Notes under the pieces: model-generated
What the model was told of the DNA's origin: nothing
Databases searched by the model: none
The model's input: only the letters and a program-made list of their open reading frames with translations
Position numbers and translations under genes: made by a program
From: Balanoglossus misakiensis
Lineage: Eukaryota > Animalia > Hemichordata
DNA length: 64,000 bases
Direction of reading: 5' to 3'
NCBI GenBank assembly: GCA_040954595.2
Contig: CM082582.2
Location: forward strand, 8,202,325 to 8,266,324
Shown: piece by piece, positions 37,901-49,900 of the stretch
Numbering within the stretch: the stretch's first letter is position 1
How the letters are laid out: each line of letters opens with the position of its first letter

Positions 37901-40900
37901 CTAGTCAGATTATCAATTGAAACCATATAAATAAGAAAAGGTACACATTTTCGATTCAGAGCTGATGATGTCTGTGATAAGTGTCTGGGGAAGGTCAGAC
38001 CTGTAAGAAAAGATTTTTTTTTCAGTTCCTGCCTAGTCAAAAGAAGGGATGATGGATGCTTTTCAAACACTAAATATACAAGACGGTACCCCCATTCATT
38101 ACCTGATATTATCATTGTTAAAGATATCACGTTAGAGAAAAAACATATTTTTGCAGCCTTATAACATAATCATTTTCAGACATGGATCCTCATCCAGCCT
38201 GTTGCTGTGGCAACCGTCACTTTGACTCGAACAGGTATTAATTATTGCAGGACAGACTGTAGGTTTCTTTACAATCGTATTGAAATCTGCTGTCAAAACA
38301 ACATTAGCAGAACTAACGTTTTTATGGTGTCAGGTGAAATCTGAGAGAAAGTCAAATGACAGTGTAGACTGCCTGTCACACATAGTAAACTGTGGTTGAG
38401 TCCTAATGCTTCATTTCTTTCCCCACAGGTATTTTTGTCAACCACTCAGTCGTCCCCTGCTGGAAAGTCTCAAGAATACTATCGTTGAAGGTAAAGGAGG
38501 AAATTTTGAAATTCTTCATCATACTTTAAAGGGACAATGCTTCTCACTTTTCTGGGTAAATTTTGGTCTGTACCAAACATTGTATCGTTGTCACACAGAG
38601 TGTGAATTGAGTTGTAAAAACAGTGAATGAGCATATCTTAGAATTAGATACAAGAACAAAATCCCTTAAGGGGTAAAATAAACAAAAGCCAAAAGAGAAC
38701 GACTTTGTCCCTTTAATGTCCCGGGTGGCTCTTCTCTGTCTTCTGCATTTGATGTTTGGTAATTGAACTCTCAAAGCCACTGCGATTTCTGCTAAAATGA
38801 CATAAAACCAAGGCAAGTGAGCATGTAAGACTTTGAGTAGGACTCAGATTTGCGCCCTGGTACCTGTACATACCACATCATCATTTGTATTCCGGTGTTA
38901 ACACGAGTATAATGGGCTGGTGAATGAAGAAGAGGAATTAGATTGTCGATGGCAATTCACAAGAAAATGTTCAAATGAGGTGCGTCAATATCCTTGCTAA
39001 TTTATCATTTCAGCAAATTCTTTCCCGGTTGTTCGCAACCAGACGTTCGTGCACATCATGGAGTGGTTGAAAGTGAATGCTCATGACTCGGCCAGGATAA
39101 GTGAGTGTTTGGAACCTATAAAGGACCTGATGGTTTGCGGACTGACTGATATATGGTCGGCCATCAGGAACGCCTGCGTGGCAAGACTCAGTCCAATTAT
39201 TGAACATTTTAAGATATCTCAGATTGAGGCATTCTTCCAAGATCTTGCTAAGGTGAGTTTTTGTTCGCTAACATCAATTTTTTTTTTATTGAACGGATAA
39301 TAGCTGTAACATTAAATGATAATTTGCCTTTCCTTGGTTCTGCTCAGTAAAGCATTCTTTAAAAAGTAAATACCTAGTATTCAGGTTGAACTCGTCTAAG
39401 GTTTGTCGAATACACTGCACACACAGCCCTCGTCACTACATGGCCGTATTTTGTGAAAAAGCCAATAGTATGTCACTTAGAAGTGAAGCATAGTGCCATG
39501 CCAGCCAGGGGGAAGGCACTTTAAAGGAAGCCTTGAGTTGGATGTGTGTAATTATCACTCGACAGGAGTGAAGCTCAACGAAGCACTTTAGTGAATGTCT
39601 GTATGCGTGGATGACTGGAGAAGACAGAATCCAGTCTCTCACCCTTGTTTCCATGGAAATGGCAAAGTTGTATTCTCCACGCACAGTTACCGTGGCTGCA
39701 CTGACTTCTGCCGAAACACAGGCCTGATGTTACTTAGTTTTTGACACCGAGCCTGTAAATTGCGAAATATATGTTCGGGACTAGCTCAAAAAAATAACAG
39801 AAACCGGTAGTGGTTCAGTGGGATCAGTTTGATGTATTTGTCTGATAGAACACAGCTGAGCAGATCTATTTTTGGTCTGATAGTTTAAATGGTTCATTAG
39901 ATTTGTTGCTCAGGGCCTCCTGCATTATCCCATGTTTGGGAATTCTCGACACGGTCTCACCACACCCTATTGAGGCAATACACCTGTGGTAATTAGAAAC
40001 GATATGTTTACCAGGTCTTCTTCAATTTTCCGTAAAACTCTCTCTTTTACGGTGATTATTGCTGTGTGGAGAAATTGTATTGTAACTGAATGTAGAAAAA
40101 TCGCTCTTGCGATAAAAGAGTCCAATTTCAGCCAACTTGGTGTCAAATTGCAAAATAAAAAAATGATCAAAAGGTATAGATGTCGTAGGAAGCAATTCAG
40201 AAATGGTTTCCATGGATACTAAGCAGTTTATCAAGCTGGAGCTGGCATTCGCAGATTAGAAGTAGCCTGACCTCTCAAGGGTACCGACTCATCAATACTA
40301 TCTACTGCGAGCTTGTGTATGAAATGTGTGTGTATTGTGTTGATCAGTAGAGAGATCTGCAGGAAATAGAATATCACAACCTCCATTACAGATCAACTTT
40401 CCAGTTTTTTCTCTCCAATATGCCACATCGTTGCCGTGGTAAAGTTCCGCTAAGCTGATCTGTGGCAGTGCATGTGTTACTGCAATTTATTATTCCCACT
40501 CAGTGCCCTGAAGAATTTCAAATTTACAGCCGCGTTGAGAAAATTCCTGGAATGGAAATACTGTAAATAATTTACAAAGCCTGATGACGTCAAAGGCAAC
40601 AGAGATAAATCGTCACGGATTTTATAAATCAGAAAAATAATAACATTAATAGTAATTTTATTCTCTTCCTACTTTATGTAATCTGCAATTTCTGGTTTTG
40701 CTGATGGAAAAGAAATCCTTCATATCTCATGGAATCATGCATTTAAGCTTGGTGGCTTTATCTTGAGTCGGAGAAATGGCTGCAGAAAAATAAGATTCTC
40801 ATAAGTAGTATTGAGTTGTCTTGTTATAAGACTTTTATTGAAATTCTATACACTTCACGGAACTTGTGTATCCTATTACATAAAGTATTTCCTGTATTTT

Positions 40901-43900
40901 TTTTTCAGGAGATTCAAAAATTCCGTTTCAATTATTTTTTCTTTATGTACTGATACTATGACTTAAAACATGTGCGTGCTTATATTTACATGAGTAAAAT
41001 TGCTAATCACAGTCCCTCCTTCATGACAGAGGTAGTGTGTATCATACTGTTTTAGCATCCATTTACTAAATCAGATGTTGATTTTTATTTCTTGCCAGAT
41101 TTGCTTGAATAAAGAGAGCACATGGCAGGCCATAGAAGGAGCGGTCATGGGGATCAATTCCATAATTCGACGATTTCAATGGATCGGATGCCAAGCAGTG
41201 GAACCTGCATTGTCCGAGTCGGGATCAGAGAAAGCTGAGTATTATCTCAAGGTAGGAGTTTGTGTGTCTCTGGATTTATCAGGGTTCATGCCCTCCTGGA
41301 AAATCCTGTCAGGGTCTGGAATTTGAGACCGTGATTCCGGGAAAGTGCTTTGAGTGAAAGTCCTGATATTTATTCCTGGAAAATTGGTTTTCATGATGCC
41401 ATCATTAAAATAGTTGATTATTGCAGAAAGAACGCAACGCACTGACTGGCTTTGTTGTGGGTATTTAGCGAGTCCTTTTGTCTGGGTACGTCTATTGCTC
41501 ATTTCTGTTCGCAGTTTCCACTTCACAGTGGAATAAAGCATTCCCCCAGTGATTGATTGTATCCAGTCTTTTAAAGCGTCTTGTAAAATGTCATCCAGCA
41601 TGTAGGATTCTTTGAACCGGTTTTGGTCAGTCACCCCGTTTCATAAAAAAGCACTAATTGCGAAATGCCTCGACGTGCGGTCCTTTTCAACGCCCCGGTC
41701 TTACGTATGCTGAGATCTTGTTGTTTTGAAAACGACCGTTGATGACTGTTTCAGTGTTCATCAATAGGCATTATGAAACATTCAAGAGATTCAGGAATGG
41801 GGTAATTTAAAACTCTAATGGAGTTACCACATCACGTCAAGACGCGGTAATTGACAGAAGGCGCACGTACAGCCTTTCGTTGCACGACAAAACAAGCCAT
41901 CTATCTGCTGGCTAAATCTCGACACTCTTCTTTTCTGCTCGGGATCATTAAGTGTAAGATGAAACCCGCGGTTCACAAGCTGTAATTTAATTTCTACACT
42001 TTGTTCTGCGTTTCTACCTCATTTCTGTCTCGATTGATTTCTCATGGAGTATATTGCACGCAGTAGACGTAATTAGTAATCTTCGCCCACTGTCTGAGAT
42101 GCCGTGCTCATTCCGTCTGCTTCTTCAGAATCTCGCAGGCCTGAGAAGATGGAAGGAAATTACACAAATTAAGAATTTAGGTTTTGCAAGTGCAGTTCAG
42201 ATCGCTGACTTGAAAATATTTTCTAGTAATTTTAAGTCTGTATTGACTTTGAATGCCTCAGGTAAATATTAAAATTCACCATCACTTTATTTGAAATTTA
42301 AGTTTCGCACACCAGTTCATACTTTTCAATAAAAATGGTGAATTGTGTGTTAGTGAGGAGTTCTCCAATTTGCAGATGATGATTTGCTGAAAATATATTA
42401 AACTGCTCCTGTTTTATTTCCTTATTTCAGTTTGGTGTAGAAGAGTTGACACAGCTCCCCATCTTCATCAGCAGTCAGATCCACTCCGTCATCTTTCCCT
42501 TGCTTGGACATCCCCAGCTGAGTATCCGGGAAAACGCAATCCGGGCGTTTTCCTCCTTCCTGTCCAGGTGTGAATTCAAGGTAAGGGAATTGCCACATCC
42601 ATCACTGTGTGTTCAATTTTTATTTTTAGCATCTTTACGTGGAATCCAAAGTTGGGTGTGATCAGATATAAATGCTCAGTATCAAGCTTATCAATACAGT
42701 TTATCCATGTGTACAATTATTAAAGTAAGAAATTGAATTCAAGTCCGGACTGGAATTAATTTGTCAACTACCAGTATATAATGATCGCACCGCACATACA
42801 GGTTAGATTGACTAACAATATTCTCCCAGGTGAGGTAGTTTTGATCTGCCGCATCTGCGCATTCGTTTGTTAATGTCCTCAAAAGCGGAATAAATATTTC
42901 AGTCTATGTGAATTAAGGTGCTTGATTCCAGGATATTAGAATCCGCCGATGGAGAGCTTGTCATTAGTTCCAGAGTGTAGATACATATAGATTGCACTCA
43001 ATGGGACTTCCCCCAATATTGATCGCTGTGTTTAATCTGTGCACCTTGTTTCATTTTGAGATGACCTGTCATGACTCCCGGAAACATTTAGACTACTTAC
43101 GAGATTGATGGCAGGGGGCATAGATTTTGTACATTTTCCTTACTCTCTACAAATTTTTTTATTGCTTCTGTATTTTTCAAACAAACATTTTCCTCACATG
43201 AAAACAGTTACTTTTCACTGATAGTTAGTATAAATTTGCTATAAATGTGAAGTTTGTTTAGCTCTGGATAAATAAATTTCTTTATGATATTTTGGTGATA
43301 TAATCTAAAATATCCCCAAGTCAACTATCAAAGTTGAGTCTTCATCCTCTTCTGAAAATATCACGATGCAAACTCGAGTGTACGGCTGAAAGTGTTAAAA
43401 AGTATAAAACGACTTAAATATAGAAAGGTCAACAAGCTGCAAATACACCTTTATCCGTTCCTCGATTTTCTACATTACTGTCAAGGGATACATCATCTGA
43501 TCAGATCCAATCTTCTTCACCTCCCCTCACAGGAAGCTCTGTCCTCCTTCAAGGAAGTCATCAGTCTGCTGTGTAAAGGGGCAGTGACCGATCCCACACC
43601 AGCCGACGAACACATGAACGCACTCTCACAGAGGAATAATTTACCCCACCTGGCTGTGATGAATCCGGGCTACAAATTCCTGGATGCGTATCATGCCGAG
43701 GGGTTGTTGGGAGTTTGTATATTCCTTGTTAAGGTAAACAGGATTGTTTACTCTTTGGCATTAAAGGCCCATGAGCAGAAACTTTGGACGTTATTTTCAT
43801 GATTTTACTTTTGAGCTGAAATGTGGTCATGTAGATGTACTTAATACTGTGGGATGTGTATACAAGGATTATTCACCACTGAATGGTGCCAGATGTGAAA

Positions 43901-46900
43901 GCTTGAGCAAGATATATATCATAAATGGGTGCCACACCCAAATATGGCCACCTCCGTGCAGATTATGCAAAATACTGTGGATAAACCAACTGTGAAGGCA
44001 TGCAAAGGGATTCTAATTTGCACAATCACAAGAACAGAGAATTGAACATTTATTTCTTTTTTCTCTTTTTATTCTTCAATTTCATACAGCACATATCACC
44101 AGGGTATCTCTTACCACACTGGCCCGTATACTTTTCCACTTTCAATTTGTATTTAATGCACCCGGCGTCCACTGTCAGGCAAGCTACAAGTGCAGTTTTT
44201 AAATATTTAGGTAAGCAGGTCCTATTTGTTGCTTATGTGGATTTTAGTGAGTGAATATTAATGTGAAAATATATACTAAATACTATCTTCCAGTGTCTAA
44301 CTGAAAGAATCTGAACTACATAGACATCTGTAGGATACCTACCGTTTTTATTGGCTTCTTAAATAACAAGATTGAGTGTTTGAAGCTTTTAACCGAAAGG
44401 AGCTCACAGAAGAGATTTGTGTCATGAGATGTGAGTTGAATGAGAATGAAATGAGTATTTCATCAGTAGCTTTCAATGTGCTCAGAGAGGTAGCTTCTCA
44501 AAGCCAATAATTATCAGGATTGAACTGACATGGATGTGTTCCTCTTGTCTGCAGTGGCCAAAGACAGCAATAACCCCAGCCTGCTGAAACTCGTCCTGCA
44601 AGGCCTCTGCGCCGAGTGGAGCGTGGACGTCTCTCTCCTGACCCAGCACGCCAACTACCGGTCCATCCACCGGTCCTTCATCAGCACGGACCCGGAGAAC
44701 CCCGGAGCGGAGCACGAGGAGAAGACCTTTCCCGTCACCGGCGGCAACAGGCCCCGGGTGCCGTCGGTGTCGGACAGCCACGACTGGGCGCCGGAGGGCG
44801 AGAGTCACACGACCCGGTCGGGGATGCTGCACCCCAAGCATCGAAGACTGAGCATCAGCATGGTGCATACTACGGGATCTACTGATCAATTCTGTGAGTC
44901 TGACATCGATCCCCATATTTCAGTTTTTTTATCACTCAGTTCAAATTGATCATTTTTTATGGCGCCAGCTAAATTTATCCTCGTGAACTTTTCTCTGCTC
45001 TGACCTGAAGCAAAATTGGAATCTTGAAAATTGTCCACGTGGGAGTTCATTCCTCCCCAGCATGATACAAGACAGAGCACTCTGTAGCATGGTAACAGTT
45101 GAGTCAACACTTAGTGTGATTACTCTGAAAAGCTTGTTATTTCAGAAGACAGATATGATCAAGTCGGTGAATATCCATTATGTTGACAAATGGCGTCTGA
45201 GAATGTCTTTTTAGTTTCACGAATCTGTTTCTTGAATTACAGCAAATGTGTGGCAGCATGCTGTCACATAGATTTGAAATGACAATTTGAAATCGCTGTT
45301 TCATGTGATGTAGACTCTAGCTGTGAAATATACAGATGATACACATCCATCTGTGGAAATATGAATGACACACTTAGATTATCCTCCTCTATTTTAGATG
45401 CTGACAGTATTATCTCCAAAGCTTGGGAATGGAGGGAGGGCCGACTGTTCGCCTACGAACTCATCATCAAGTTTCTCATCATCAACCACATTCACTACCT
45501 GTTTCCGTCGTATGCTTTGCCCCCGCATAAATTCGATGGCATGGCATCCACCGACGACACTCTGACAACCAGGTAAGCAGTTGTTATTTCTGAGAGCGGT
45601 TCTTTAGGAGAATTTATATGTGTACCTGTCTGGCTATTTATTAGGAGTGTCTATGGGAACTAGGCCTATTGACATAACACGTAACCTAAAACTGCATACA
45701 AACAAGTCACAGAACATTCATCGAAACATCCACCAGTACAAAATTAACAGTTGAGTCTCTTTATCTCACAGTCACCAGAGCAGAATGATGGACTCCAGAG
45801 TTCAGGTCAAAAGTCAAAGTCACGGTGGATCAACGTTACACAAGGTTTTCCATGGTACTGGACCCACAAAGAAGCAGTCTTTGGTAAAGCAAAACTTTTA
45901 TTCACTGTTGGTAGCCATGCAGGAACTTGGGGTGGTGATGGTGTTGTAGAAGCCAAGTGTTATGCATGTGAATACTGCAAGGGCATATACATTGTATAGT
46001 ATTCTTGTATTTTGTTATCAAGACTGTGATCGGTTCTCCATCAGGTATAAACCTGGTTTTAAGAGGTTTTACTAAATCAATCATTTCATGATGAAAAGAC
46101 GTTTTCTAATTATCCTTGTTGCTGTTGGTTACAGGATGAGACACAGTCACCCAGGGATGACAAGGAACGTTCTTCGTCTTTTAGCAAGAGCAAAAAACAG
46201 ACGACAACATCACCAACACCACCAGGTGACAAGGAAAAGGTAATTATCACTCTGTGCATTGGGTGAAGCTTGTGATCAACCAAGCATATGATTGTAGCCA
46301 CTGTGTGAATGCTAACCTGCAGATCCATGTCTCAGATATGCCTGTCAGTCATCTAACACAAATCATATACAGATATTTTATAGCGAAACAAGTCCAAACT
46401 GAATTGTCTGTGATGAACCACAGTCTGTGCTTAAAACTTTTTCTTGCAAAAATATTAATTAAACAATGGCATAATCATAGTTAATTGTCACTTTATGAAT
46501 GGATTTCAATTGTACTCGTTTCAGGTTTTGACGAGAGCCTGTAGTGAGAGGAGGAGAGAAATAAACACAAACATACCAGAAGATTTACAGAAAAGGAGGT
46601 ACAGTATGATCAAACCTTGTCACATTCATAGTTTGATATTTTCCAAGAAAATGAGGAAAAGAATGATTTGTCTGTGAGAATGCCATGCCTGCTATGGATC
46701 AGCATAATGGATACCAGCAGCAAACAGAGACGATTACTGTCATGATGATATCTCTGCTCGCATTAAAGTTTAACATCCACAAGTACTAGACTCTGCAAAG
46801 CTGCTAAATCCTTCTCTGGCACATAACATCATGCTTCATGGTACAGAAATATCTCCCATCCATCCAAATCTTCGCATTCTAAGATTCTTGTGTTTCCCTG

Positions 46901-49900
46901 TACATGTTAAGAAGGTCCGTCTTCCTTGGAAAATCTCTAGCCATTAGGATTATGAGCGATCGGGGAAAAATCATAACCTGAGGAAAATATTAAGCAGCAC
47001 TTTACTCCCTCCAATTTTAATCACATTAAAGATTAAATTCTTTCTAATACTACTTTCTAATCAATAAAATTCCATGATATCTCCATATCACCAATCCTAA
47101 CGACTCCTTCCAATGTTTTATATACTCCTACTCTTGCAGGAAAATGTTCAAAAGGTTTGTCACAAATTTCTTCTATCCCTGTTGAGTTTTTTCTTTTGTC
47201 AAGCAGTTCATTGTTATGCTTTGATTTTTTTAAACGTAATATTATCAAAGGTATGTCCCGAATTTGTTATTTGGCAAGAAATTGCATTTAAAATTATTTT
47301 GGTAAGATTTGTTTTTTAAGTTTTTGTCTGAAATACATATTTCGTTGTTGTTTGTTTTCTCTCTTCTCACACTATTTACAGTTGCTATGTTTTCAACAAC
47401 TATGCTTTGGAAGTTAAATACTTAAGTTATTAATGCTTGCCAACTTTGCTTGCATTATTTCGTTGTTTTGGGCTTGGTCTAAAGACAGGCAGTGCTTGCT
47501 TCTTCTACATACATGTATGCCACTGTTACGTCCGATTTGCACTCACTTTTAATAATTATCTTTAATAATAATCTGATACATGCTATTAACCTTATTTTTC
47601 TCTCTGTCTTCTGGAGTTGTGTCTGTTCTCACAAGCAGGGGGGTGGGGTGGGGGTGATGGGGGGGGGGGGGGGGGGGGGGGGCTTGTTGTCCCCCTAACA
47701 GGATTTCACCAGCATATGTTCTGGTGGTATTGTGACACCCAGCAAATTTGCTGACAAACATGGATCATTTACATTATATTAAAAAAGCTTAAAAAGAAAG
47801 ATTTTCGTGGGACTGGTGGGTTGTTTTGGCATCTTGATATCATAAAATCTTTGCATGAGTACTTTTCATAATTGACTGCGTTATGATCCTTCTCCTAGTT
47901 CATTAATCGTATTCATCATCGTTGCCTGTCTACTCCAGTCCACTCGGCCATGGAAAAAAAAATTGACAGGTAAAATTGATCTTCACACTTTCCCTCCTCT
48001 TGATAAAGGGCGATGACCCAAGTAGAGGTGTTGCCGCAGCCCCAGAACCCTCTCAAGAAACACTACTCCTACTTCGCGAAGCAAGACCGGCAGAAAATAT
48101 CACCCCGGCTGAAATTCCTTGCCACGGCGACATCCTTGCTGAATCAGACGAAACAAATGGACAGCACGCAAGCCTGGAAGGTAAAGGGGATAGATTAATA
48201 GTAATCTACTGATCCAGAAACAGTGACATAGAAATTAGGAGAAGTACAGAATTACAAATCTGATAAATATAGATGGATCTCCGATATAGATAGAAATAAA
48301 ATTAAAAATATGTGTTTTTCCCCTATATACCAGTATGTGTTCTATCAATTTTACATATACATATATTATGTATATTAATGGGAATAAATATGAAAAATTC
48401 GAGAAACTCGCCTGTAAAATAAGTGTATATATGCTTGATTTCAGGTTGTTCAAGGGGCAGGAGACCTAATGTGTTTGCATTCACCTGTGAAAGTAACAGA
48501 TCAAAAATCTAACAATGAATATTCTAATGACAGTGAACTTCTGAAGTCATGTCTTTGTTCTGCTACATCAGAGTAAGTTTCACCATTTTTCTTGATATCA
48601 TTATTGTCAACCAAGTACTGAGTGTTCATTGTTTGGGATAAATACTAAAGTTGGGAATACCTTTTTCTTTTTTCAGTGCAATAGAAGAGATGATTGTCCC
48701 CGAGTGGATCAACGGAGTACAGCTTGAAAGCATGGCTGGAATACTTAGGCTACTTTTACTTCAAACAATCGAATGTCTTGCTGATACTAGGTGGGAACTC
48801 CGAAGAATGGGCCAACAGGTGAGTCTACCATTCCCTCCTCTCTACGATACCTGTCTATTCCATTTTCCAAATCGTTACAAAATAGCTGAGGCAAATTTGT
48901 TTTTAATTTGATTCTCTGCACAGACTTTACCACTGATTACGGAGTGTATACGATGGTATGACATGCAGATCTTGAAATCGCTGTGGGACACGTACTTGGT
49001 GAACGAGACCACACTGATATGCTACGGTGTCTGCATTGCGTTGAAATTCTCCATAAACCACGCTGTGAGGCTGGTGCATTTCCTGGAACAGCCGCCGGCT
49101 TCTTGGAAGGTAAGCGAGGTGGGGGTGAATGGTTTCTTGGATGTTAAGACACAGATCAGTGGGTTATTATCATGGATGGTTATGTTGGATTGTCCAGGGA
49201 GATGAAAGTATTGACTGACAGAAAGATAGACAGACAGAGAGGTAGACAGTATACATACATGTAGGCAGAGAGAGAGATAGATTGTTTTCCAAATATAATA
49301 ACTCACGTTACATGTCACAGTACCACCTGCAAACAGCATACGTCTGCATTATTCACTAACATACACCTTTCCCTGACTGGCTGCTTTGCCTGGGTACTTT
49401 TGCCCCCCAGTCACCTGACAACTCATTTGCATATTTAATGAACACAGCTCCCTGTTGCATCCATTGAAGACAAGCACGTACGCGGTGAATGATCCATCAC
49501 CCTGACCTCACTCATCCCTGTGTTCTCATTAACATTTCCAGTAATGTACTGCCATATTCTTCCCCCCACCTTTTGCATGCATGGCATCATTTTGATAGAA
49601 ACACATCAAGGTATGCAAATTAACTCATTACCATAAAATAAGTCACTTGAAGATGTGGTAGAAGACTAGAATTTGTCTGTGGTTTGGGTTTTCGTGTGTT
49701 GTGCCGTCATGGTTGGTATAAAATAAAATTGTATGTTTTGGAATTGGGAATTTGTTTTGGTATTAAGGAATTTATTTCTCATCTGGTGTGCTGTGGCTTT
49801 TATAACTTGTATTCCTCTAAACGTATCATTTTCTGGTGATGTTTTGGTGAAAGGGTTAATATCTACACCAAGAGCTCATTAAAATCTGGATCTTTCCCCT

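Noticed and set aside
36947-38130. Nested antisense gene in HEAT intron 1 (ORFs 36947-37252, 37290-37496, 37891-38130)
   Set aside because: No recognisable motifs and no consistent exon chain could be built.
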